NCBI GenBank assembly: GCA_043228905.1
Contig: JBHGNT010000010.1
Location: forward strand, 13,516,001-13,580,000
Direction: 5' to 3'
Length of the DNA stretch: 64,000 bases
Origin: Azolla caroliniana
Lineage: Eukaryota > Plantae > Polypodiophyta
Made by a program: the position numbers and the translations under genes. Positions 1 through 11,184 of this stretch are shown in pieces. Each line of letters opens with the position of its first letter. Position 1 is the stretch's first letter. Below the pieces are notes generated by a model, which saw only the letters and a program-made list of their open reading frames with translations, made no database searches and was not told the DNA's origin.

Positions 1-2810
1 AAGAGGTAAACCTAGGCACCGCAGAAGACACAAGACCGGTTCACATCGCCAAAGAAATGACTCCAAAAAGGAAGACGACAATGATCACCTTATTAAAGGA
101 GTTCCGGGACGTGTTCACATGGTCTTACGAGGACATGCGGGGGCTAGATCCTCAGTTGTATCAACACCAGATACATCTGAGTAAGGATGCCAAGCCAGTG
201 GCGCAACGGCGCTACCGGATGAACCCTAACTATGCAACAAAAGTAAGGGATGTAATCGACAAATTGTTACGGGTAGGGTTCATCCGACCGGTCAAGAAGG
301 TGACATGGCTGAGTCCAATAGTCGTCGTACCGAAAAAGAATGGAAAAATTAGGGTATGTGTCGACTACCGGAAGTTGAATGCGGCAATAGTAACCGACGC
401 CTTCCCACTCCCTTTTACGGATGGAGTCCTGGATGCAGTAGTTGGTCACGAAGTTTATAGTTTCCTGGACAGGTTCAATGGCTACAATCAGATCCGGATG
501 CACCCTGATGACTAGGAGAAAACCGTTTTTGTTACCGAATGGGGAGTATTTGTCACCGTAGTCATGATGTTCGGACTTAAAACGGCGTCGGCAACCTTTT
601 AGCGGATAATCATGGAGATTTTGGGAGAATTTATTCCAGCATTCATGCAGGTGTTCCTAGATGATTTCGCCGTGTACAGTCGGGAAGGGGAACATCTCCA
701 ACACCTCCGACTATGTCTTGAGAAATGTAGGGTTTACCGGTTAAGCCTTAAACCAGCGAAATGCATGTTTGGAGTGTCAAGCGGTGCATTACTAGGCCAC
801 ATTGTTAGCAAGGACGGTATTGCAATAGAACCAGACAAGGTCAAAGCAGTTTTGGAGGCACCGGCACCCACCACGACGAAAGCATTGAGTCGGTTCCAAG
901 GACAAATCTGGTGGCATAGCCGGATGCTCCAGTATCTGGCAGACCTGGCCACACCATTGCATGTTGCTGTGCACCGGACACCGTTTAAATGGACGGACAC
1001 AGAAGAGAAGGCGTACCGGGCATTAAAAGTACTACTATCACAAGCACCGGTGGTGCAACCTCCTGATTGGTCTAAAGAATTCCACATATTCGTAGAGCGT
1101 CCGACATAGCAATGGGAGCGCATTAATGCAGCTTACCGAACCGAAGTGGTACTGGCCCGTGTATTATGCTAGCCGGAAGCTATCCCAAGCCGAACATAAT
1201 TACTCAATGACAGAAAGAGAAGCCTTGGGCATGATCTACAACATCACCAAGTTCCGACACTATCTATTGGGGAGGAAATTTTCCTTTCATGTAGACCATT
1301 CGGCGCTACTTTACTTGGTCTCAAAAGCATCACTCACGGGTAAGCTGGCCCGGTGGACGTTATTATTATAGGAATTTGAGTTCGAGATATTTCACCGGCT
1401 AGGCATACAACATGCGGTTGCGGATTATTTGAGCCAGTTAGATTCCGGTGAAACCGGTGACGGAGTCCGAGACGAGTTTCCGGATGCATAGTTGTTTAGG
1501 GTCACAACAGAAACGGCAACAAATGGTACGGTAGCTGAGGAGGACAAGTGGCTCATAAACATGCACCAATTTCTGAGCACCGGATTACCTCCAGAAAAGA
1601 GATTAAAAGAGACGAGCGGAAACGATTAGCAGTACAAAGCCAACACTTCTGCCTACTGTAGGACACATTGTACCATAAAGGCGCGGATGGCATATGGCGG
1701 CACGCGTTGCGCAAAGCACACTGCGGCGTTGCCGGAGGGCATTATGCTGGGGATCTCTACGGCAAGGAAAATATGGGAGAGTGGCCTATGGTGACCGACA
1801 ACATTAAAAGACGTCGTCCGGTATGCTAAGGAATGCGATTTATGTCAGCGGATGGGCCAACCAACAAAACAGGCAAGAATGCCTCACCAGCTGGTGCTGC
1901 TATTGGAACCATTTCAGAAATGGGGGCTGGACTTCGTCGGCCCATTTAAACCACCATCAATGAGAACCGGCAACCGATACGTGATTGTCGCTATGTGACA
2001 ACACCGTGACATCCATGGCAAAGTTTTTATATGAATATATCTGATGTCGGTATGGATGTTCGATCGAGCTAATTAGCGACCAAGGAGGGCATTTCCTAGG
2101 ACAAGTGGTAGAGAGCTTGACGACATTCTATGCGGTGGTGCACAAGCGAAGCACTCCATATTATCCGCAAGCGAACGGATTAGCCGAATCCACAAATAAG
2201 ACGCTACAAAACATACTGAGGAAATCGTCAATGAGAACCGGACGGATTGGGATACAAAGCTGCATAGTGTACTCTGGGACTACCGGACAACATATAAGAC
2301 AAGTATCCGGACAATGCCTTTCCGATTAGCATTCGGATTGGAAGCGGTAATGCCGATCGAATTCCAGGTTCCCAGTTTGTGGTTACAGGTTCGGAAACGC
2401 CTAAACGTGAAGGAGTCGGAAACAATCCGGCTTGCAGTACTATTCGAACTAGAGGAACGGAGAAGGAAAGCGTTCGTTGATCTACACTGGAAAGGTAACA
2501 AAAAAATGTTCGAGATTAGCAAGCCGGTACTTGTATTCCAGACCCGGATGGGTAAGATGTCGGGGAAGCTACGGTTCCTACCAGCTAGGGACACTCGCCG
2601 GAGAAGTTATGGGTAAATGGGTCAATGGGTTTCGACTCAAACCATACTATGGACCCATGCCAAGAAACCCGTTTGAGCAGACAAAGGCTGACACCGCACT
2701 AGACACCGGTAAGCACGACGAGACGATAGCCGGTCAAGCAAGCGGCAAGCACGGAACTGGTGAAAGGGACCAGAATCTGGAGAAGGGTCCGTTTGGGCCG
2801 GATACAGATT
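1..2810 (+). pseudogene. Gypsy A pol (RT-RNase H-integrase) with many stops and frameshifts
   Basis: ORF fragments 57-515, 612-1109, 1126-1371, 2105-2329, 2314-2616 and 2477-2812 are collinear with pol of element B (31710-34667). Confidence 0.92.
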
Positions 2811-3213
2811 AACAAGATCGAATTTATGAAAAAAAAAAGAAAAAGAAAGAAAAAGAAAATCAAATTAGATCCAATCAAACCCAAATCATGCGATGGCGAT
2901 GAGCGAACGGCCATATGCAATGAAAAGGGAGGAGTGAATGGGCACTTTGAAAAGCCTAGTAGTGGGCTATTTATAGCACATTAAAATGCCGCCACGTGGC
3001 ACTTCATTGCCATTATAGTACACGACGTGCACATGTGCAAGAATCGAGAAAGGCGCCAACATGCAGAAAGAAAACCTACACCGCATGGAGGCCTTCTCAT
3101 TTCGCGAACAGAGAATTGCAAACGCACACAGATGATTAAAGATAATCAGACGTGAGCAACTAGAGACCCCTAACGCACCTACCTCACCAACAACCACTGA
3201 CTCAAAAGGAGAA

Positions 3214-6099
3214 ATGGACTGCATGACGCTCTCTGAGGCAGCCAAGAAGTGGTTAAAGCAACACGGATTGGAAGGATTCTTGAGGATCATGGAGGGACCA
3301 CCACACAAAGAGGCGGAAAGGGTTATCAAGGACATCGACACAGAAGTAATCACAGAGGAGTCCATCCGTGCCCTGACGGGCCTACTCGAAGGCGGCATCT
3401 TCACCATCGACAACCCTACCCCGGAGCAGCTCACGAAATACTTCGGTGAGTACTCTTTGGCCAGCAAGGCATATTGCACACAGGGCGGTGAGGATGGCTT
3501 ATTCCAAGAGATTTCTCGTGTACTCCACGAGTTTGGCCATGTGTACCCTTGACCCCCGGCAATGCCTAGGAACAGAGCCAGTTTAATTATAGCGACATAT
3601 GAGGGTATACAGGTGGACTAGTTGGTGTTGATCGCTGACGGACTGCGCGCGGCCATACACTCGATAAGAGGGAAGGATGGCAGGAAAATATGGTCGGCGA
3701 TGGCGCAATGGCTCACGCTGTTAGCACCACCAGTGGAGCCCATCACGACGAAGAAGTGGGGAAGGTCAACCGAAGGAACCTCCAAAACGGCTTCAAAACG
3801 GCAACAATTATTGGCTGCTAAGGCAACCAAAGGGAAGGAGGCCGACACTGAAAAAACGGCAAAAGAGCGGCCTAACCAGGCGGAGACACAAGAGGCAACA
3901 CCAGCACGGCCAATAAAGATTACATTTCGCCGACTAGGTCAACAGGAGCCAGATCCCTTGGCAATAAAAATCAATCTTGGGACTTAGGAGGAGGAAACGG
4001 CGGAGGAGCCCAGCGAGCACCTCCAGTGGCACCAGAAGAAGAGCATTGCAGACCATGCCGGGAAGTAATTGGGTCTAGAAAAGGATAGGACGTCGGTACC
4101 CCGAACTGAGGGCCCAGAGCCAAGGGTGGAAGCGAAACTGGTTCAAATAGAACTGGTCACAGAAGTCCCTGCGCAGCAGGCTACACCGGCGGGTCAAAAA
4201 ATAACAAGACCCGTGATTCAGGAGCCAGTGATTCAATTGTCTACACCACCGGCACACCAGGACCAACCAGAGCCGAAACGGCCAACTGAGGCACAACCAG
4301 AGTCGGAACTGCCAAGTGGTAACCAACCGGAGCTAGAGTTGCCAACTAGACAAGATCAGCCACTGGCAAGCGCAGAAATCGGCCAACCCTCCGCGCTGAC
4401 ACAGCAACAAGGCACCGGTAGCCAATGGCTGCGGTGGATCGGTGAGCAAATAGCCGGAGTGGTCCATTATATATGGAGGCAGAGGAGAGAGCACAATTGG
4501 ACCGGTTGCTAGCCACAACCGGAGAACTAGAGAAGGCCCGGTCAAGGATCCAGAGCTTGGAACAAGAATTGGAAATAGCCAAGGAAGAATTGGCTAAGAT
4601 GGTCATAACAGCACCCCACGAGCAAGAACCGGTGGCTCCGGTACATGTACAAAATAATGAAACACCGACAACTATACATAATAATACGACCCTGATGACG
4701 GGAACAAATTTGGATATAATTACAGCACAAGCACAAGAGCTTGCCATTCTCAAAGAAGACTTGGCCACACAGTAAGATTTACGGGCCAAGGAAAGAAAAT
4801 TAAAAATGGCGGCAGAGGAGGAACAACGAAAGACTGACGACAACCTCTACCGAGCAGAAGAAAGTCTACGGAAGGGACACCAAGCCAATGACCGGCTTAA
4901 GGAAGAGAAAGAAAAAGTGTTGCAAGAGAAGGATAAACTCTGAAGGATGGCGGAAACAGAGATAGAGAGGCTCAAAGAAGAGCTTCGGCAGCAAAAGAAT
5001 AGGGAAGACCGAGCTCGCCGCCAAATCAATCAGAAGCTGAAGCAGAAAACAGAAGATTTTGATCGCTTGCAAACATGTCAAGACGGAATGCAAGAAGCTC
5101 ATCACCGACAGCGATCGGCAGAAGGAGAAGATGTTCGAGCTCCGGAACGAAGTGCAACGAGCGGAGTCGGCACTAGCGGAAGAATGCGCTGAGAAGGAAA
5201 CCATACGAGCTAAAGCGGCACAGGAACTCCTGGAACTCTAGATGCAACATCATGCGGAAACGGAATGCGCCAACATGGTCTTACAAAGAGTGCAGAAAAC
5301 CTATCAGGATCAACTGGTGCGCTACAAGGACTAGGTGATGGTAACTGCAAACCTGATCAAGCAGTTGAAAGATGAACGGTAGGCCGTAGAAGACAAATCA
5401 AAGATGGGGCTGGAGCGGATCCGGTGCATTGTACATGCATGGAAGAATCGAACGAAGCGCTTGATTGAAGACAACTCAGTATTATGGTGGTCAAAATGGG
5501 CGAAGCATGCTGCTGAGCAACAATTGCTGAGGGCGGACACAGAAAACCGGCAACGGGAAGGAGATGAGTTCTATAAGCTAGAAAAGGAAGACTTTGCTGC
5601 CGTGAAAGATGAATTGGCAGATGACTTTGTAGCGTTGGCTGATGAACCGCTAACAGTGGTCCAGCAACTAGTGGCACAACTCGACGATGATCGGTTGGAT
5701 AACCAAATCCGGTTTGAAAGTTACGAAAAGGAGAGGCTATGGCAAGAGGCGACGAAGAGCGCGGCAACAATCAATCTGAGTGATGAAGATCCATCATCGG
5801 AGCAAAGGACGGACAGAGGCTAGGTTGGGACAAGTGAACCGGATTTAACTCAGGAGGAGTAGCCAATGGAGGAATGTCCGCAACAACCGCCGGCACCAAG
5901 AGCCAGACAGCAACTATCGGAGGAGCAACGCCTAGAAGAGCCGGCGACCGCGCAGCAGCCGGAGCAACGGCCACAGCGAATGGAGTAGCAATAGGAGGAG
6001 CAGCAACAGCAGGGGCAGCAACAACAGTCCGATCAGCCTTCCGATGAACCCTTAGAACCCCTCGATCAGAGCATTCTGGACATTTTCAATGAGGATTGA
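3214..6099 (+). pseudogene. Extra 3' ORF of Gypsy A: globular N-terminal domain, Pro/Glu-rich linker, long predicted coiled coil; function unknown
   Basis: Fragments 3214-3552, 3622-3987, 4069-4512, 4473-4775 and 5404-5823 are homologous to 35082-38167 of element B; ends ...LDQSILDIFNED* at 6099. Confidence 0.8.
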
Positions 6100-6109
6100 A
6101 GGCCGGATA

Positions 6110-6150
6110 GTGGGATTCGACGTACAAGGTACTGTCCCACGGGCGTGCCA
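6110..6150 (+). other. tRNA-3'-half-like hairpin ending in CCA at the PPT position (inverted PBS)
   Basis: GTGGGA TTCGAC GTAC AAG GTAC TG TCCCAC GGGCGTG CCA directly abuts the LTR TG; no purine tract. Confidence 0.75.
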
Positions 6151-6826
6151 TGTCTTAGCCAGCCGGCAAGGAGTGGAGGACAGTTCAAAATGTGAAAGGG
6201 CAGGAATAATCGGAAGTTGTTGTTAGGATATTAAGTAATTAAGTAGATTTTGAGAAGTGAACGGACGGACCGGAATCGGTATGCCGATCCGGATCCGGGC
6301 CGGTTCATATTAGTGTGTCGGTTGGCACCGTTTTGTATGCAGAGCCGGTGATCTATAAAAAGGCCCGGTTACATTGTAAATGAGGACGGATAATTAATAA
6401 AGTCTATTGTCTTATCTCTGTGTATCGATTACCGTTCTGTGCTGATTACTTTCTATCTTACGCGTGTATTAGGATTCACGATATGTAGCTTAAGTAACCG
6501 ATAAAGGTCTGATTAATCGTTAGTCTAATGTCATGATATGGCAAGACTCAAACCCATGACCTTATGTTACATGGGTCAAGCTCTTACCATTAGACTATGA
6601 ATTGTAATACATAGGATATTATTTTCATTTATGCTTTATCATAGAAAATTGATGTATATTCCAGATCTCTCTGGAACATTCTAAAAGCTTCAGGATTATT
6701 CCTGAGAACACTATAAAAGAGGGCACTAGGCATTATGTTAAACCAAATTGGTTCAAACTGTCAGGAATAGTACTAAGCAGAGATGGACTTAGTACTAAAG
6801 AAGAGCAGTACTATTAGTACTAAGAG

Positions 6827-9800
6827 CATTTAATATAATTAGTAGTCCAGAGCATCCCATTGTCCTAGGATTACCTTGGTTTGAATTACATAATCCAGCC
6901 ATAGATTGGAGAACAAGAGAAGTCTGATATTGACCACCCCAAGAATCAACTCACCGAGTTTCGACCATTTCACTCCATCAACTACGCGAAGGACCCAAGG
7001 AGGCAATGTTCCTATTTGCCATATCAGTACATCCTTCCAACACTATTAAGAAGGACTCCTCAGTACAACTTTCGGCAAAATGTCATCCTTATGCCGATGT
7101 ATTTGACAAGGTAAAAGCCGGTACCCTTCCTCATCACCGTCTCTATGACTGTCCCATCGATTTACAACCAGGAACCGAGCCACCATGGGGACCAATTTAC
7201 AACTTGTCACCCACCGAGTTAGAAGTCCTTCGAGCCTATATAGAGGAGAACTTGGCAAGCGGGTTCATCCGTCATTCGAAATCTCCGGCCGGTGCACCCA
7301 TCTTCTTTGTCAAGAAGAAAGATGGCTCACTTCGTCTCGTCGTTGATTACCGCGGATTGAATAAAGTCACCATCCGGAATAGGTATGCACTTCCTCTTAT
7401 ATCAAATCTTTTAGAGCGAGTTAATGGTGCCAAGTTTTTTACTAAAATCGACCTACGAGGAGCGTATAACCTCGTGCGGATCCGACCGAGAGATGAATGG
7501 AAGACCGCCTTTCGCATGCGGTATGGGCATTTCGAGTATATTGTTATGTCGTTCGGCCTAACCAATGCACCCGCAGTCTTCCAACACATGGCAAATGATA
7601 TATTCAGAGACCTCTTGGATATTTGTTTGATCATCTATCTGGATAATCTATTGATTTATTCGAAGACCCAGGAAGAGCACGATTCTCATGTACTATTAGT
7701 ACTAAAGCGACTCCGCGCGAATGGTCTTTATGCCAAGCTAGAAAAATGTAGCTTTGACTACAAGCAAGTGGAATTTCTAGGCTACGTCATCTCCTCAAAA
7801 GGCATCGCCATGGATCTAGCTAAAATCCAAACTGTACTAGAGTGGCAAATTCCACGGTCGGTATGAGATGTACAATGTTTTCTATGTTTTGCTAACTTCT
7901 ACCGTAAGTTTATACAGGATTACTCGAAGATTATTTTACCTCTCACACAACTTACGAAGAAGGGCCAAGCATTTCTTTGGTCCATAGAAGCAGATATAGC
8001 TTTTCGGCATCTTAAGAAAGCCTTTACATCAGCACCGATTCTAGCTCATGTGGATACAAACAAACCATTCATCATCGAGATCGACGCATCAGATTTCGCC
8101 CTCGGTAGCATCCTTTCTCAACAAGGAGATAAAGAAGAGTTGCATCCGGTGGCTTTCCATTCGCGCAAATTTAATGTCGCAGAAATCAACTACGAAATAC
8201 ATGACAAAGAGTTATTAGCCATCGTGGATTCATTTGTGCAATGGCGGCATTTCTTAGAGGGCTCTCCACATCAGGTCATTGTCTTTAGCGATCATAAAAA
8301 TCTTGCTTATTTTCAGAATGCTCGCGTACTAAATCGACGGCAAGCTCGGTGGGCGCAATTCCTCACGTGTTTCGACTTCAAAATCACATATCGACCGGGG
8401 AAGCAGCAAGGAAAAGCAGATGCACTATCACGGCGGTCATATCTTGCACCTCGTCCTGGTGATGCAACATTTGATAATCAAAAGCAAGTAATCTTGGGAC
8501 CAACACGATTGCACACGACGCGGATTTTTCACACCCCGATGGATTCACGGATTACCGATGACATACGTGGAACCTTGAAGACGGATAGTTTTGCTCAAGA
8601 CATCCTGGAGCACATTGATACTTCTCGGGCATCCTGTTCTCAGTCTCAACAACCAGGTATTGACTACCGACAATTCGAATATCATGAGGGTTTGTTATTC
8701 TTTAAAAAGCGCGTATATGTCCCCGATTGCTCCTGTCGCCTTCAAATCGTCCAGCATTGTCACGACACCCATACGGCGGGACATTTCGGTAGTACTAAGA
8801 AGTTGGAGCTAGTGCAACGATCTTTTTGGTGGCCCCACATGCGCCGTTTTGTCGACGACTACGTTCGGACCTGTGATGCTTGTTGCCGAGCAAAGATGCC
8901 ACGACACCATCCATATGGCTTGTTGGAACCCTTACCGATTCCAAGTAAGCCATGGCAGTCTATTTGTCTTGATTTTATCACAGATTTGCCGGTCTCAAAG
9001 GGGTTCGATGCTATCCTAACCGTCGTCGATCGATATACGAAGATGGCACATTTTGTGCCGTGTACTAAAGCCATCACTAGCGAGGAAACCGCCGCCCTTG
9101 TTATGCGTGAGGTATTTCAGCATCATGGCCTCCCAGATAATATCATCAGTGACCGAGGACCGCAATTTGTCTCCAAATTTTGGCAGCATCTCATCAAGAT
9201 GCTCAAGGTCTCCTGCAACCTCTCCTCCGGCTACCATCCTCAGACCGACGGGCAGGCGGAACGAACAAACCAAACACTGGAGCAATATCTCTGGTGTTTC
9301 CTGAGTTATCAACAGGACGATTGGGCCGAGATTCTCCACTTTGCGGAGTTTGCGTATAATAATGCTATTCACTCCTCGACTCGGGTCTCCCCATTTTTCG
9401 CTTATACCGGTTCTCATCCTCGTTGGTCGGTGATCGACACCCCGGAGCTACCTACCAATCCTCGTGCCGGGGATCATTTGGAGAGACTACGCAAGATCCA
9501 GACAGATCTCTCGACTCATCTTCGTCATGCTCAACAAATGTAGAAGACTTACGCGGATCGTCATCGGCTTCCCTCTTTTGCCATCGGAGATCGAGTATGG
9601 CTCTTACGTCGTCACATCAAGACTACTCGACCGTGCGACAAGTTGGATTATCGACGACTCGGTCCTTTCCGTATTACGGGTAAGGTTAATGATGTCACAT
9701 TCCGCCTTGATCTCCCTCCGCAGCTTCAGATACATCCGGTTTTCCATTGTTCTCTTCTTGAACCTTATAAAGCAAACACCATTCCCGATCGTGTTACACC

Positions 9801-10047
9801 ACCGCCGCCCCCGTTGGAGTTGGACGCCGGCCCGGAGTATGAAGTTGCTGCCATCCTCAATTCCAAACTTGTTCGCAACAGACTTTATTATTTGGTCGAT
9901 TGGCTCAGTTATAGTCCAAGCGAACGTACTTGGGAACCCGTTGAACATGTTGCCAATGCTCAAGATCTTCTTGCTGATTTCCACCGAAAGTATCCAAACA
10001 AACCCGGTCCGCAATCAGCGCCGACTCGTTCCACTCGTCGTCTTTAA
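6827..10047 (+). pseudogene. Chromovirus 1 pol (partial protease, RT, RNase H, integrase, chromodomain) with in-frame stops
   Basis: ORFs 7006-7866 (SPAGAPIFFVKKKDGSLRLVVDYRGLN), 8050-9543 (DASDFALG, HPQTDGQAER), 9643-10047 (EYEVAAIL...YYLVDW...TWEP). Confidence 0.93.
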
Positions 10048-10058
10048 GGGGGAGATAG

Positions 10059-10513
10059 TGTCATGATATGGCAAGACTCGAACCCATGACCTTATGCTAC
10101 ATGGGTCGAGCTCTTACCATTAGACTATGAATTGTAATTTGTAGGATATTATTTTCATTTATGTGTTATCATAGAAAATTGATGTATATTCCAGATCTCT
10201 CTGGAACATTCTAGAAGCTTCAGGATTATTCCTAAGAACACTATAAAAGAGGGCACTAGGCATTATGTTGAACCAAATTGTTTCAACGCTAGTCTTAAGC
10301 CTTTTAGCCATTTTGTACTTATCCTTCACATAATATATTGGTTGTCATCATCATCTCTCTCTCTCTCTCTCATCCTTGCTATCTCTCCTTTCGCTTCTCT
10401 CTTTCTCTCTCTCTCTCTCTCTCGGGAGTCTTACGCAGTCTTGTCCTCTTAGTACTAATAGTACTGCTCTTCTTTAGTACTAATTCCATCTCTGCTTAGT
10501 ACTATTCCTGACA
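10059..10513 (+). repeat. 3' LTR of chromovirus 1
   Basis: U3 matches 6529-6757; similar to the LTRs at 16535-16949 and 21736-22158 in reverse. Confidence 0.93.
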
Positions 10514-10601
10514 TCTAAGTTGCCTCGCCATAACACCCTTTGGTGAAGTGTCTTCCGTAGACACCCTGTGTTAGGCTGTTGTCCGGCCCTTAGGAGTAAC
10601 A

Positions 10602-10954
10602 ACAATACAACACACGGCTTGCAGCCTGCTCCCACGCTGGGTAGTCGGCGTTTGTCGGGTTGGGTTGCATTTCTTGAGCTCCAGTATCCTTGTCCGACAA
10701 GGTACTAATGCATGTTGTACTCCCAAGATGCGAAATTTGTCTTGTCGTGCTTCTTCTTAGGAAGAGTGTTTCCCATCTGAGTATTCATAGTGATTTCTTC
10801 TCTATTAATAAGCCGGTTCAATTGATCGTCGGCGTGTACCACAACACAGTCGAATAGATTCGATTAAGCAACCACACGCTCTGATACCATGTAAAGAAAT
10901 GGAGTTGGGGGTGTAATGCAGCGGAAGATGATTGAGTGTGTGTGTGTGTACAAC

Positions 10955-11009
<55 letters not shown>

Positions 11010-11184
11010 CTCTTAACAAGAAAACTGTATAGTACTTCCAACAGTAACAAGGTTACAAAAGGTTGGTTTAAATACAAACTAAACTAGGGCAAGGGACCTT
11101 TCTACTATTTACAAAACTAGTATGATATGTCCATGAGCTACTGTGAAACCTATTTCTATGGGAAGTTGAGTTCGACTCTCAACA
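10602..11184 (-). mobile_element. 5' end of a minus-strand Ty1/Copia element (LTR 10890-11184, PBS 10878-10889, gag start); host of Gypsy A
   Basis: GCTCTGATACCA is the reverse complement of the tRNA-iMet PBS; minus-strand peptide ...DKTNFASWEY..H*YLVGQGYWS...DYPAWEQAASRVLYC is homologous to the gag at 41222. Confidence 0.85.

Larger units (their letters stand above)
6529..10513 (+). mobile_element. Chromovirus 1 (Tcn1-like Ty3/Gypsy); gag deleted, 5' LTR rearranged
   Basis: TG...CA termini; TSD TCTAA at 6524-6528 and 10514-10518; PPT AAGGGGGAGATAG 10046-10058; 3' LTR 10059-10513; RT/RH/INT/chromodomain ORFs. Confidence 0.95.
1..10601 (+). mobile_element. Ty3/Gypsy LTR retrotransposon A, non-chromoviral Athila-like, degenerate; 5' part lies outside the window; 3' LTR interrupted by a chromovirus
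   Basis: RT (KIRVCVDYRKLN, FLDD), RNase H (PVYYASRKL...EREAL) and integrase (STPYYPQANGLAE) fragments, then an extra ORF region, then an LTR (6151 TG...CA 10601) with the same layout as the LTRs of element B. Confidence 0.9.
6151..10601 (+). repeat. 3' LTR of Gypsy A, in two pieces (6151-6528 and 10519-10601) split by chromovirus 1
   Basis: Starts TG and ends ...GAGTAACA; TATA-like CTATAAAA near 6353; U5 resembles the B LTR (acccctttgg..aagtgt..acacc.tgtgtt). Confidence 0.8.

Noticed and set aside
3214-6099. Envelope (env) gene
   Set aside because: No signal peptide or transmembrane segment is visible; the protein is mostly charged and coiled-coil-like.
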